NCBI RefSeq assembly: GCF_018350175.1
Contig: NC_058376.1
Location: forward strand, 14,694,001-14,758,000
Length of the DNA stretch: 64,000 bases
DNA from: Felis catus
Lineage: Eukaryota
Direction of reading: 5' to 3'
This document shows positions 35,005 to 48,054 of the stretch, piece after piece. How positions within the stretch are numbered: position 1 is the first letter of the stretch; each line of letters opens with the position of its first letter. Made by a program: the position numbers and the translations under genes. A model generated the notes under the pieces. It ran no database searches, was not told the origin of the DNA, and saw only the letters and a list, made by a program, of their open reading frames with translations.

Positions 35005-35219
35005 TTTTTTTCCCTAATGTTTATTTATTTTTGAGAGAGACAGAGACAGAGCATGAACGGGGGAGGGGCAGAGAGAGAGAGAGACACAGAATCTGAAACA
35101 GGTTCCAGGTTCTGAGCTGTCAGCGCAGAGCTCGACGCAGGGCTTGAACTCATGGACCGTGAGATCATGACCTGAGCTGAAGTCCGATGCTCAACCAACT
35201 GAGCCAATCAGATGCCCCC
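35005..35219 (-). mobile_element. SINEC
   Basis: Full body. Confidence 0.93.
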
Positions 35220-35366
35220 AAATTAATGATTTTATAGTTGGAGGAAACAAATTTTCTGAAAATATTTTTCTTTTTCTTTCATTTTTGAAGGATATTTTGA
35301 ACTGATATAAAATTCTAGGAAGCTGAATTTCCTTTTTCTTTTCAACCTTTTAAAAATATCATTCCA

Positions 35367-35578
35367 GGGACACATGGGTGGCTCAATGGGTTGGATGTCG
35401 GACTCTTGATTTCAGCTCAGGTCGTGATCTCACGCTTCCTGGGTTCAAGCCCTGCATCAGGTTCTGTGCTGTGTCAGCATGGAGCGTGCTTGGAATTTTC
35501 TCTCCCCCTCTCTCTGCCCCTCCCCTATTCATGCTCTCTCTCTCTTTCTCTCAAAATGAATAAACTTAAAGAAAAAAA
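35367..35578 (+). mobile_element. SINEC
   Basis: Full body, TSD-like aaaa(t)atcattcca. Confidence 0.93.
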
Positions 35579-36784
35579 AAATCATTCCATGTTCTTCTGG
35601 TGTTAAGAACATTAGCTGTATTTCTTATCACTATTCCCCATATGTAATATTTCCTTTTCTCCTAGCTAATTTATGATTTTCTTTTTATCTTTGCTTTTAA
35701 TCAATTCACTATAATGCACCTAGTGTGGATCTCTCTTGATTCAAGCATCCTAAGATTCTTGGATTTGTAAATTGGAAGTTTTAAGGATTTGTTTGCTGTT
35801 ATTCTGTTTGTTGTTAGGCAAATGTACAAAAGTTTTTACTGTAGTTTTTTTTTTTTCTGCTCAATTTTTTTATGGGACTTCTCTTACACAATTTTTAGAT
35901 TGCCCTATGTTTTTCAACAAGTTTCCAAATCTTTACTCTGCCTCCTTTTTCAATCTTTATTTCTCTGTGTAGCTTAGTTTGGATAATATATATTTTTTAA
36001 AAACCTATTTTCAAGTTGACTTATCCTTACTTCTGTTTTGTCAAATATTCTCATAATCCTATTTTAATTTTATGTCTTTACTTAATTTTAAGCCTTTAAC
36101 TTTCTGTTTAGAGATATCCATTAGTTTTTTTTTTAATTATTTCCATCTCTTATAATTCCCATGTGTTTATTAATTGCATCCATCTTTTTCTTAATTATTT
36201 ACATGTTCATCATAGTCTCTTTCAAGTCTGTGCCAACTAATTCTAATATTTGTAGTAAATGTGAACTTGCTTCCATGGATAGTTTTGATTGGGTAACATT
36301 TACATGCTCCTTGAAATTTTTTATAATGATTTATTACATTATAGACATTATAAACAAAAGACCAGTGGATTTTGAAATAGAGATACTTATATTTATAGAG
36401 TCACAATTGTAGTTATAAACACATATGATTATATGATCAATACATATGCACACACAAAATAAACATATGCAACTATATTCCTTTATTGTTTTCCAGAGAA
36501 CATAAGTCCTTCCCTCTGCATGTTAGAAAGGCAAAGGACTTAACAGTAAGCTTCATTAAAGAATTGAGTTAAGCAGGACTGTCCCCAGTTTAAACCAGTT
36601 TGAATGCATCTCCACTTTGCCCACACTCCAACCAGATATGTTGACACTCTGATCTGAGCTCATTATTTTATTCTCTATTTCAGCTGAGGACGAGGCTGGC
36701 CCAGAGTTTCAGACTGTTCTAGTGTGACTTTGAATTCATTTGAGTCGGTTCATTTTAGTTATTGTATCTTACAGTTTTAGTATG

Positions 36785-36989
36785 TTTTTAAAATTACATT
36801 TATTTATTTTTGAGCGACAGTCTGTGAGCGGGGGAGGGGCAGAGAGAGAGGGAGACACAGAACGTGAAGCAGGCTCCAGGCTCTGAGCTGTCAGCACAGA
36901 GCCCGATGTGGGGCTCAAACCCATGAACTGTGAGATCATGACCTGAGCCAAAGTCAGACACTCAACCGACTGAGCCACCCAGGCACCCC
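36785..36989 (-). mobile_element. SINEC
   Basis: Full body, TSD-like cagttttagt. Confidence 0.93.
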
Positions 36990-38029
36990 CAGTTTTAGTG
37001 TTTTTATGCTCATTTTTATATATTCTAGTATTTTGCCAAAACTCTTAACTCTTGTCTTTAATTGCTTAAAAATAATAACCGCAGTTATTTTTCTGTACAT
37101 TTCTAGTATGTACATTATCTAGATACTCTGTAAGTTTGCTTATGCTATGTGCTGTCTCTTGGTTTGGTCTTGTTTTGCTTGTGTGTAGCCTTAGTAAATT
37201 TTAATCAATTACCACAGGTCATTTAAGCCTCTGAATGGGTCTATTTTTGCAAGGATTTATTCTGGTTATGCCAAGCTGAGGTAAGATTACTAACACTCTC
37301 AATATCATAAACACTGATGCAAGTCAAAGGTTGCCTTCAGTTCCTATGAAACACACTCTATGTTTGCATACTCATAAAATTCTGGTAGAATCTTTCAAAG
37401 CCCAGAATGTTTACCTGTATTCCCAGCTCCTTAAAAATGAAGTCCTGAAATCTGATTCTATTCATTCACACCAATAGCCCATTAACATTTTTGGATTCAG
37501 TGGACAACTCAGGAAGAAAGTAGCCCAAATACCATTTATTTTGACTTAAAACTTGTCCTAATGCGATCTAGCAATTCTTAGCTGATAGTACTCCAGAGTT
37601 TATGTATAGATTATTTTCTTAAATCCTACTAAAGTTTTTATTCATAATAGTGATTAAACTATCTAGTCTAATGCTATCAAAAGTTATATTTGGTATAAAT
37701 ATCACATTAAGTTTCTATATAAGAATATTCATTCTGTGATATATGCAAAATTATTTAGAGTAGACAATAAACATGGAAGATTATCACTAGAAATCTGTTC
37801 AAGTAAATTTAATAGGTGACTATGAAACCTAGGATTATTGTCACTCAGAACTCAGACTGAAAAATGACAGAGTAATGTGCACGCATTATTAATTATTCAT
37901 AAACATACCAGCTAACTTTATAGATCTCTGCTTTGTTCATTTCATTTTATTTTCCCAAACTTCCTCTATTCCAACCCATACCAATTCTGTTTTTGCTTTT
38001 CATAGTATGCTCCAACTTTCAGGAAACTG

Positions 38030-38190
38030 TGAACATTGATTTCTCCATAAACCTGGGATCTTTGGCCAGACCTTGACTTACTTTGAGCTTCCATTGCCTC
38101 ATGTTTAAAAGAAATTTAGCACATAAAATATGTCTCCTTCTGAGTGCTGTTCAAGATTCTAAAGAAACAATGACTTGAAAATCTACTTGA
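38030..38190 (+). mobile_element. MIR fragment
   Basis: ctttggccagaccttgacttactttgagcttccattgcctcatgtttaaaag...gtgctgttcaagattctaaag. Confidence 0.5.
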
Positions 38191-38854
38191 ACATTTATTT
38201 AGCGTAACTCAAAGATAGTTCTTTTTGATTATTAGATTTATCTTTTTATCAAACTGTGTCTCACATATCAACATATTGTTTTCTGGAATACATGGCCTAA
38301 AAAAGATTAGCACACGTCTATAACAAAATAGAAATAAAGGATCTCCATTTTTTCTTGACATTAAGGCTATGGTTCTCAGCTATGTAGTTGAAGTCATTGG
38401 AGAACATTAGGGTAAATACCCACACAAGCTGATCCAAAAATCTTTACACCAAGCATGATTGGTTTCCTTCTTATATACCATAAAGAAATTAATTCAATCA
38501 AAATGTACTCACTGGGATTCAGTGAGTTACTTTGGTTACTTTCCCCAAGTAATATTGGATGAGTCTCATGGAAGTTATTCAACATTTATATTTAGTAGTT
38601 CCTGAAAATATACAGTCACAAGTTAGATTTACATTTAATTTTTTTCATGTGCAAACCTACCATTGTATCTAAATTTTATTCTTTCCCTCTGCATTTTGCA
38701 TATATCTACCAACTTTTGTGCTTTTCTTCTCCTATGAAGAGAGATACAGGGTCTCACATGATTTAAGAGATTAGATTTTTATAGATCTGGAGATATTCAT
38801 TTATACAGTTTATATAAAAAGGAAAATATCTACAGACAAAACTTTAAAGCTTCT

Positions 38855-38947
38855 TTTAAAGTTTATTTATTTATTTTAAGGGAGAGAGAGAGTGAGAATA
38901 AGCAGGACAGGACAGAGAGAGACGGAGAGAGAGAATCCCAAGCAGGG
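38855..38947 (-). mobile_element. 5'-truncated SINEC (tail and GA linker only)
   Basis: Ends abruptly at gaatcccaagcaggg. Confidence 0.8.
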
Positions 38948-39010
38948 ATTGTGTATGCAATAATTGTATGATTTCCATCACCAATAGAGCTATATGATTG
39001 AAATCTTATG

Positions 39011-39016
39011 TTTATT
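39011..39016 (-). terminator. Candidate polyA signal of copy D
   Basis: tttatt about 145 nt past the stop. Confidence 0.55.
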
Positions 39017-39160
39017 GCTTAGTTTTACATATGGCAAGAACCAATATGAAGGCTAAGCTCGTGGCCACAGAAAGGGTGAGGAATTAGTCTCTGGAGACCA
39101 TAGAGAGTTGTTTCTTGTGAAAAAAAAAATAGTTAACATTCTGCAAAAAGATCCAGACAT

Positions 39161-39601
39161 TCAACAAGTTAATCTGTAGAAGCCAGATCCATAGATTGGT
39201 TTGTAGCATAATGGCTGGAGATGCCGAAAACCAAAATAGGTTGGGTGGCAGAATGTGGATCCATAGCTCAAGGTGGGGAAGCCACAGACTCCATAACCCT
39301 GGGGTCTGAAGCCTCTGGGCCCAGCATAAGTCATCCAGCAGGGACTGCAGAGTGTGGAGGTCCTTGGGCGGGAGCAGGACATCTGGCAGGGGCTGGACAC
39401 CACGCAGGACGTCCGGCAGCTGGTGGGTTCACGGCAGGTCTCCTGACAGCTGCTGTAGAGAGAGGATCCCAGCTGGCAGGGGCTGGGAGAGCAGAGGTCA
39501 GTGCGGTAGACCAGGTTGCTGGGGTAGAAAGAACTTGGGTACCGCAGGTAACCCCCAAGGGAGCGGGAGGAGAAGCTTCCGGAGCAGCAGCTGAAGCCCA
39601 T
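39161..39601 (-). CDS. KRTAP13: KAP13-family protein, copy D, 146 aa, with two in-frame internal deletions
   Basis: MGFSCCSGSFSSRSLGGYLRYPSSFYPSNLVYRTDLCSP...GSGFYRLTC. ATG 39601 has strong Kozak (aacATGG), with a weak in-frame ATG 6 nt upstream. TATA at 39699-39706. Confidence 0.85.
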   Translation of the reverse strand: MGFSCCSGSFSSRSLGGYLRYPSSFYPSNLVYRTDLCSPSPCQLGSSLYSSCQETCREPTSCRTSCVVSSPCQMSCSRPRTSTLCSPCWMTYAGPRGFRPQGYGVCGFPTLSYGSTFCHPTYFGFRHLQPLCYKPIYGSGFYRLTC

Positions 39602-40049
39602 GTTCATAGGAGATGTGAGTTCAGCTGAGAAAACACAGAGAATCCTGAATTCACACTGAGAATATTCTGAGGTCTATTCTACCTCCCGGACGGTGGCATT
39701 TATATACTCTCAGCTGCAGGTGTCGAAAGTGACAAGGGCATCATCCCTATGTTTGTACTCCTTCATTTGCATAGTATTAACTCAATCATCTTCTCTGTAA
39801 TTGCAGCTGCGTAGTTTCGCACCTACTGCATTTATGAGGACTATAATAAATTTTGTTATAACACAAAGCCAATGAACTATTCTTATGTCAGAAATGTTAT
39901 GACCGTTTTGCATTAATGGCCATGTCATCTTGGCCGAGAATGCCCCTCCTTTTCTTCCTGGTATATGCTGTACCTGTATCTGATTCTGGTTTGGCTGGGG
40001 TATGAGTTCCTTCTAAGGGTGGAGATTAAAATGACATCACCTTTCTCTC

Positions 40050-40052
40050 TTT

Positions 40053-40092
<40 letters not shown>

Positions 40093-40095
40093 TCA
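40050..40095. repeat. (TTTC)n microsatellite
   Basis: Directly visible. Confidence 0.95.
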
Positions 40096-40531
40096 TTTGG
40101 TTATAGGCATAGCTTTGACCTTGCCAAAAAACCTTCTAAAAATCGAAAAACTACTTGTTTTAATTCATTCATTTTTATCCAAAATTTATTTTCCAAGTAT
40201 TAAATATTAATGCAGAGTATCTCATACTGGATGAAGGCCTAACAATGTTACAAGTTGAATGGAGAAAGGCTTGGAACAGAAAGGATCCAGGACAAGTATT
40301 TGGAAGCAAGATAAAAGAACAGTACATCAGAACAGAGTTACAGATGGAGACCAATTTGAGCCCATGAGAAGAGAATCAGAGTATTTATCAGTTGAGGTGA
40401 GGGGAAAAAGTAAATGCTCAATCTCATGAACTGTAAGATCATGACCTGAACCAAAATCAAGAATCAGATGCTTATAAAGTAGTGAAAAATGCTAGAACAT
40501 AGCTAGAACATCTCCAAATGTTGCCAATTTG

Positions 40532-40533
<2 letters not shown>

Positions 40534-40570
<37 letters not shown>
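40534..40570. repeat. (TA)n microsatellite
   Basis: Directly visible. Confidence 0.97.
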
Positions 40571-40576
<6 letters not shown>

Positions 40577-40581
40577 TAACC

Positions 40582-40802
40582 TGTCTTAGTCCATCCCAGC
40601 TACTATACAGAATATCACAGACTGAGTCACTTATACACAACAAACATTTATTTCTTACAGTTCTGGAAGCAGGGACATCCAAGATCAAGGCATCATCACA
40701 TTAGGTGTCTGATGAGATCCACTTCCTAGATGCGCATCTTTTCACCCAACCTCAACGGCAGAGTGCCATCTGGGATCTCTTCTTCAAAGGGCTAATCCCA
40801 TG
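40582..40802 (-). mobile_element. MLT1A-like MaLR LTR fragment
   Basis: tgtcttagtccat...aacatttatttcttacagttctggaagc...ccaagatcaaggc...gggctaatcccatg. Confidence 0.85.
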
Positions 40803-41409
40803 TACCAAATGCACTTCAGGTATCATATTGGCACAATGTACACCTCCACGCTAGTTTTTTTTTTCCTAAAGTAGAATTATTTATCCACATTTAAAATTAC
40901 TGGGATATTTTATATTAAAATGCTGGCTCTGAGTTGGGGAACTAATGGCTTCCAAATAGGTATTTGATTCCCATGTCTGTTTTCTACCTAATTTTTTTTC
41001 CTATCTGTGGTTTGTGGAACCAACAGATTCCCATCATATACTTTAGATCCTACTTTTGCCACCCATCTAATTATTTTATGGGAGTTGCTTTTCATCCTGT
41101 TACTAACCATCTGGAAGGTTCAACTCTAATTAATCATCTTAACAAGTAGCCAGGAGCTTAAAAACCATGACTTGGGATATTAAGATTTATGCCATCAGAT
41201 GATGTGTTGTCTATGGGTTATCTAGAAGGTATTTTTATTATATTTGCCCAATGTTGGCTAGGGGTCATTTGTATCCCAGTAAATATGTCCACTGGGAAGC
41301 CATACCGTAACCAAAAAAACATAATGGTTTTCAAAAAAGGAGAAGAATGTAGCTCATATCTGGATTTCAGACTTTTTCCTCCTCAATAACAAACAACATC
41401 TAGTACATA

Positions 41410-41900
41410 TTTTTTGTTTGCCAGTCTGCCGCTTAGATATTCTCTTGAATTTTTCGTTGTCTGAAATTATCTTCAGTTTTGAAGCACACATTGATTGAGC
41501 ATAGCATTCTAGGATGACATCTGTGTTCTTTCAGAATTTTGAATATTTCATTCAATTATCTTTGTAAATAATTCATATTTTAGTCCCATCATCACTTTTT
41601 TTTTCCTTTTTAGAAGGAAATTAGCTTTCTTTCTCAGGTTTCCTAGAAACATTCCTGTCACTGGTGTTCATGAGTTTTACTAGTGTGTAGATGTATTTTC
41701 TCGATTTTTATCTAACTTTTAGTTGGCACTGTTTATTGACTTTGTTTAGGAAAAATTTTAGTGGTTTCTCCCCAACATATTATCTCCCCAATTCTCTCTC
41801 TTACCTGTTTTAGGACTCCAAAGACAAGTATGTTCAATCTTTTCGCTATGGTCCATATTTGCATAAATTCTTTTCACCTCTCTTTCTCTCCACGCGTTAG
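41410..41900 (-). mobile_element. Old L1 fragment
   Basis: ttttgaagcacacatt...gcattctaggatgac...ctttcagaattttgaatatt motifs. Confidence 0.55.
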
Positions 41901-41907
41901 TTTAGAT

Positions 41908-42000
41908 AAACGGTTCCTCAAACAAGAGCAGTTGTGCCTTCTATCCTCCAAGGAATACTGGGCAATATCTGGAGAGACAATTTTGGTTGTCATGACTAGC
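41908..42000 (+). mobile_element. MER20 5' half
   Basis: ggttcctcaaac...gggcaatatctggagagacaattttggttgtcatgactag. Confidence 0.75.
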
Positions 42001-42750
42001 GAAGTCTCTGATCCTCCTACTTAAAACACCTCAATTGTATTCATTTCCTCCTACTTAAAACACCTGAATTTTAAAAATAGTCTTTTCGTAGATCGATTTG
42101 AGGGTCTAAGGAAATAATGAGTAGGATATTCTTTGAACCCTGATTATGACACTAGATAAGGATAATGTCTTTTTGTAACTTGTTTTTATTCCTTGGGACC
42201 TGCTGCTATTTTAGTCTCACAGGGGCTTCTTTAGCTATTTAGCCTGTGAAAGCTGAGAATGTTACCCAAAGAGTAAACATATAGTGTCCCCAACTTTATA
42301 GTGACATCCAAATGAAATAGTCAAGTCTGTTGCCATAAAAAGTTTTTTTTTCACCTATATTTAGTTTGGGCTTGACTAAAGCACTAATAGGGCATCAGAC
42401 ACATTTTCCCCACCAAGAATATCTTTCCATACATATAGAAAAGTGGAATGACATTGGACCCTCATCATCAGATGCATGAATCTGGCCATTTTAAAATAAG
42501 ATTTGGGTAAGCTCATTAGAATTTAAGACTCTTACATCTTTTTAAACTGGCTTTTAGTTTTTCTTTCATTTATCATACTAACCACGTAAACCTAAATGTT
42601 ATTATTGTTAATGAAGTTCCTGATGAATCTGTCAACTACATAGTCACATTCTCTCTGTACACATAGATAAAATCCATTTTTTTGAAAGACACAAAATATA
42701 CCCTAAGTCTCAGAACTTTATTCATAAGACCTAAAACTGTAAAATATATT

Positions 42751-42881
42751 GGGCCACCTGGGTGGCTCAGTTGATTAAGCATCTGATTCCTGGTTTTGCC
42801 TCGGGTCATTATAGTGCAGAGTCTGCTTAGGATTCTCTCTTTCCCTCTCTGTACCCTTCCCCTGCTTGAGTACACTCTCTT

Positions 42882-42918
<37 letters not shown>

Positions 42919-42940
42919 ACAAATAAACTTAAAACAAAAC
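42751..42940 (+). mobile_element. SINEC (internally deleted, long CT linker)
   Basis: Head, (CT)n and tail. Confidence 0.9.
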
Positions 42941-43415
42941 TATAAAATATGGATGTCCAGTAACTATAGTTTGAATGAGAAAAATATCCATAGTCAGAAG
43001 AAATTAGATCAAATCCAGACTTCCAAAATTTACTCTGAGGTGCAAATTGAGCTCTTATTAAAACAGCCACATCAAACTTAACACAAACTCTGGTCAATAA
43101 TGTATAAATAATAACATACAAATATTTCAATGCCAGAATGCATTAGTTTATTGGGTTATACTTATTTTACTTTTTATCCATTTGGAAACAAATTTTCATG
43201 AATTCAATCTGTAATGCTGACATTATGCTCATTTTGGAATTAAGTCATTAAATTAAAAGGGTGCAGGAATCAGTCTGTTAGACTATGATTGATGGAAAAA
43301 GATTGGGTATGGAATTGGCGATCAAAGACTAAGATAGTTGCCACTGGAAATAATGAGCATGATGGAACTACATTTTGATGATTTTGCATAAATGTACTAG
43401 ATCTCAACAAGTTGA

Positions 43416-43908
43416 TTAGTAGAAGTCAAATAGATAGATAGGTTGAAAATGAGATGGCTGGAGGCTACTAGAAGCAAAATGTAGTGGCAGAAACTGGGTC
43501 TATAGCTCAGGAAGGAGAAATCATGGACTCCATAACCTAAGGGTCTGAAACCACTGGATCCATAGTCCAGTGAATGGCTGCTCCTAAATCCATAACCCAG
43601 AAAGAAGTCATTGCTGGACCCAAAGTCCATAGATATGGGATAAGTTGACTGGCAGGAACTGCAGAGCGGAGCAGGATGTCTGGCAGGGGCTGGACTCCAT
43701 GCAGGATGTCTGGCAGCTGTTGGGCTCACAGCAGGTGTCCTGACAGCTACTGCAGAGAGAAGAGCACTGCCTATATTCTGGGAGAGCAGAGGTCAGTGCT
43801 GTAGACCAGATCATTGGAGTAGGAAGAGCCACAGGAGGAACCTGGGTAGCTCAGGTAGGCCCCAAGGGAGGGGGAGGAGAAGTTTCCAGAGCAGCAGTTG
43901 TGACTCAT
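43416..43908 (-). pseudogene. KAP13-family pseudogene
   Basis: [43 protein letters not shown], then a 2-bp deletion with TAG at 43771-43773, a 17-bp deletion near 43668 and a further frameshift near the end. Restorable tail ...FDFY* at 43416. TATA-like tataaaa near 43960. Confidence 0.9.
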
Positions 43909-44728
43909 GTTGAGAGTTGAGAAAATTCTGAGGTTTAAGGTGATCTTGTGCACTGGGTATTTTATACTTATCAATTGGCATGGCAGAGTCAGAGTATAGG
44001 TACAATCTTCTTATATCATCTGTATACCCTCTTCTGCATTTGTGTAAATCATCAATCTTCTCTGTCATTGCACTTGACTAGACTCGTACCTATTGTACTT
44101 GTGGGTGCTATAACTTGTGATTATAACACAAAGCCAATAATCATTCCTATCTTAGAAATTCCAGAACTATTTTTCAGCGATCCTCAACCTGTTACAGCCA
44201 GGAAAGTTCCTTCTCTCCCTGGCTATGACTGCATGTATATCTATTCTTGCTTCGCTCCGGGATTTTTGCTGTCACTTTTCTACTGTGCCAAGTGATAAGT
44301 GACATAGATTTATTTTTTATAAGGATGCTTCTAATGATTGATTCTACTTGTCACCACTGATTTACATTCTCCAAATTTATTCTCCATCTATCACATACTC
44401 CATCTATCACATATTATTATACAGAACTTCTTACATCCAATGGAGGGAAGAAAAATAACACATAATGAGAAGTGGCTAGAAATAGGAAGGAGCCAGGCAA
44501 ACATTTAAAGGCAAAGGGACTCAAAAAGACTGACTCGAGACGGTGTCACAAGAAGAGATTGACTCAGGCCATTAGAAGAGGGAGCAGGAGTGATGGTGAC
44601 AATGTGGGAATCTGGGAAAAAGGAAAAGACAGGGATTTTAGGTACCTCTTCTACCTACTTTTAGTCTATGGAGATCTTTTCATCTAAATGCCATTTAAAA
44701 CAAATAATATCTAATGTATTTTCACATT

Positions 44729-45373
44729 CAGTAAAACCTTGGGTTGTGAGTAACTTGTTCTGTGAACGTTCCACAAGATGAGCAAACATTTGTACTAAAT
44801 TGTAACTTGATAAATAAGCGATGTCTTGCAATATAAGTAGTATGTGATGCCGGATGTCACATGATCACAACTGAGCCAATGGTTCTCTCTCCTCTCTTTC
44901 TCTCTCTCTCTCTCACTGCAAGATTGTGGGTGATCATCAATGCAATGTCACATTTCTGTGAAATCTTCAAAAGGAGGCAAAAGCAAGTGTCATTGGATAG
45001 GTTCCTTGTTAAATTTGCACAAAAAGAAAAAGATTCCATTGAGCCAATAGATAGCAGTGATTCCATTAGTGACAGCGAAAGTCATCCTACACAGCAACCT
45101 TCCTTTCTCTCATCTCCCTCGCACCAGCCATGAAGGTTTTTAAAGTTAAGTATAGGTTAATTTGTTTATTTTTCTTTATAATTTGTATTTTCTTTATTAT
45201 TTTGTATTCTATTACAGTATGATAATCATTTTTATATGAATATTTTTGGGTTGTGGAACGAATCACATGAGTTTCCACTGTTTCTTATGAGAAAATTTGC
45301 TTTGATACACAAGTGCTTTGGAATACAAGCATGTTTCTGGAATGAATTATACTCACAAACCAAGGTTTTACTG
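44729..45373. mobile_element. MER82-like Tigger MITE, full length (645 bp)
   Basis: 14-bp terminal inverted repeats cagtaaaaccttgg / ccaaggttttactg. Internal remnant of the transposase C-terminus (NAMSHFCEIFKRRQKQVSLDRFLVK). Confidence 0.88.
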
Positions 45374-45594
45374 TGTTTTCATTTGCATCATCCAAATTTT
45401 AAAAGAACCTGGGGTTCACCTCCTAGAACAACTTTTTCTTTTGAATAGTAAAATAACTGAGCATTAATTTCCAATGGGTTCACTATGTCAGATAAATTTG
45501 CACTGTAATAAATACTAAGAGAGATTGTCGGGGCTGAAGGAAAATCAACTTAGGTGGAAACAACAAATTTCAAAAAAAATAGAGAAACAACTTG

Positions 45595-45914
45595 GTAGTT
45601 GTATTCTTCAGGAAGCAGGCACTGAGACAGGGATAGAAGAACAAAACATTTATAAAAGAGTAGCACCTGTGAATGAACAAAGCCATTCTACCACCTCTTT
45701 CAGTCACTGACTGCCAAGAGAAAAACTTGACCTTGGCTAAAAGGGGAGGCAGAGCCCAAAGAAGCCAACAGAGAAAGCCTGTCAGCTGGCTTCCCTTGTC
45801 AAAGCCAGAGAGCTATTCCTCTTGTGCAGCAATGTGATGTGAGCTCCAGTGCCGATCTGTACCCATCACAGTCTGCTGGTGGCACCTTCAGGGTCAACGT
45901 GTCGGGAGAGAGAT
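45595..45914 (-). mobile_element. ERVL LTR (LTR16/33-like), probable 3' LTR of the adjacent internal region
   Basis: tagttgtattcttcaggaagcaggcactgagacagggat...catttat resembles the antisense LTR16/33 end. Confidence 0.55.
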
Positions 45915-46351
45915 TCTCCATGGCTCTGGTAGGCCTCTATTCCTAAGGGGAATAATAAAAGGGCAAGGCCGTGGCATGAAACACAGTCCCTGTCACTGCA
46001 TTTGATCTTGTGGCTCCAGCTGGTGCTTACCATCGCCCTCGTTCACCATCCATGAAACATTTGCCTCGCCCTCCATTACCGTCTCTGGTGGTCATGGTGG
46101 ATTTCTCGGATGGTGTTACCCAAGACTTATTCTTGAGAAGTATGAATACTGATAACTCTACCTTTTTCTTGCGAGAATCACTGCATTTGACAAATCATGT
46201 CCACAGTTGGGAGGTTCTAAGAGCCATCCAAGTAGATTCACTGAGCTGCACACGTATCCCCCCTTCCCTCACTGTGTAACAGTAACATTAGCACTTTCTA
46301 CTGATCAGGGTCATCTACCCAGGGATAGATGGATGACAACTCTTTTTTATT

Positions 46352-46382
<31 letters not shown>

Positions 46383-47440
46383 TTCATTTGCCTGTCTGTT
46401 CCTGACAATAAGGAGCCCAAAGAGCTCAGGCAGCAGCCATAGCTACGGTTCAGTGAGACGCCTGTTGTGTTCCTTAAGAAGTCTGCCTTTGAGAACTGGG
46501 TCTCCATCCTTGAAAATTCCAGCTGTAGAAATAGGAAGCACAAAGTTTTTAAATGAGTCACTGAAAGTAATAGTAGGTGGATACTTGGAGCTCAGTCTTT
46601 TGAAGGCATTGCCTCCATGCTCAGTTTTGCAGTCAGTACGCTAATCCAACGCAGTATTAGGCAGGTAGCTTCAGGCTGCTGTGGTTTTTGCTAAAACCTG
46701 TGGATCTCGACATACACTGTCCCTACTGTAAAGTGGATTTCCTGATTGGTCGCTACAGTGGGAGCAGTCCCATGCTGGTAGATGGAGCTATTCATTAACT
46801 CCTGAATAATGGTGCTGCTGTGGTAAGCATAAAAAGCAAACTCATACTCTGAATGCATATCTACATGTTTGAGAATGAACACTGATCTTTCCAGGGCAGA
46901 AGAGGACCACATTCAACTTGCAACCAAGCTGCCAGTTGGTCTCCTTGAGCACTAATGTCATGGTGAGAGTTTAGCATTAGCCTCCGTTACTGAGATTGGA
47001 CAGTCACAGGTGGCATAATTGTATCAGCTTTGTAAGTAGATTCTGCTTGTGTTACTGTACCCATTCATAGCCTCTGGGTCATTTTGTGCACTTGTTCATC
47101 TTGCCAGCATTGTAGGGACTGCTGATGGAGGTAGGCTCACGTCAACCGGCGGAGTCATTTTGTCTACTTGATTGTTTCTTCCATGGTTGATGCATTCCGG
47201 TGGGCACTAAGAAGAAATACACACTGTGTGTCCACCTGCGTGTGTCTATCCACATGCCTCTACACCAGATTCCTTTGTATCAGCATTCTAATATTCTCCT
47301 TTCCAGGTCCCTAATTAGCTGACCAGGTCAATTGCCACCGTCCAGGAATTTAGATGTATCAGATCTATTTTTTTCCTTTTGTCAGCCAACACCAAGGTCC
47401 TGCATCCTTTGGAGGAAATATGCTCTATACTGCTCTTGAG
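45915..47440 (-). mobile_element. ERV-L (class III) internal remnant: RNase H, integrase and dUTPase, heavily degraded
   Basis: Minus-strand peptides LNSWTVAIDL (RNase H DSWAVANGL), FILKHVDMHSEYEFAF..IYQHGTAPTVATNQEIHFT (integrase D,D core) and NTTGVSLN..LGSLL (dUTPase). Confidence 0.8.
46347..46385. repeat. (TTTA)n microsatellite
   Basis: Directly visible. Confidence 0.93.
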
Positions 47441-47502
47441 ATTATTATTCATATAAAGTTTAGGTATGCATAAAAAAGGATTACAGAAAGGATGTGTCTT
47501 TA

Positions 47503-47526
47503 AAAATTTTTTATCTTTTATTTTAT

Positions 47527-47564
<38 letters not shown>

Positions 47565-47726
47565 ATGAGCAAGGGAGGGGCAGAGAGACAGAGACAGAAC
47601 CTGAAGCAGGCTCCAGGCTCCGAACTGTCAGCACAGAGCCCGACTCGGGGCTCGAACTCACGAGCAGTGAGATCATGACTTGAGCCGAAGTCAGACGCCC
47701 AACTGACTGAGCAACCCAGGTGCCCC
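47503..47726 (-). mobile_element. SINEC
   Basis: Full body with (GA)n. Confidence 0.94.
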
Positions 47727-48054
47727 AGAAAAAAAGTTTTAAAGAAATAAATGTCTAAAGCCCCAAATAAATTAGCTCAAATTCATCAATCTATTTTTAG
47801 GTTTACAAAGTTTGCTCCCATAGACATGGTAAAAATTGACTTATTAAATACCCCCCCAAAAAGCAAAAACAAACAAACAAAAAAAAAAAAAAAAAACAAA
47901 CCAAAAAACCAAAAAAAACAAAAAACTCAAACACCTTACCCAGTTAAAACTAACAATAAAATTAGCATAATATTTGGAAGGCAGAATGAATGAGTTTATT
48001 ACATTATGTTCATTTGGGTTTTCATCTCTTGTGAATAAAATGCATGAACAAGAA

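Larger units (their letters stand above)
35230..37250 (-). mobile_element. Old L1 (L1ME-like) ORF1/5' fragments interrupted by two SINEs
   Basis: T-rich antisense L1 motifs (ttgaaggatatttt...tataaaattctagg, gatttgtaaattg...ttttaagg). Confidence 0.6.

Noticed and set aside
44861-45133. 90-aa ORF with transposase-like KRRQKQVSLDRF motif as a domesticated gene
   Set aside because: Only the C-terminal stub inside a non-autonomous MITE, with no catalytic or DNA-binding domain.
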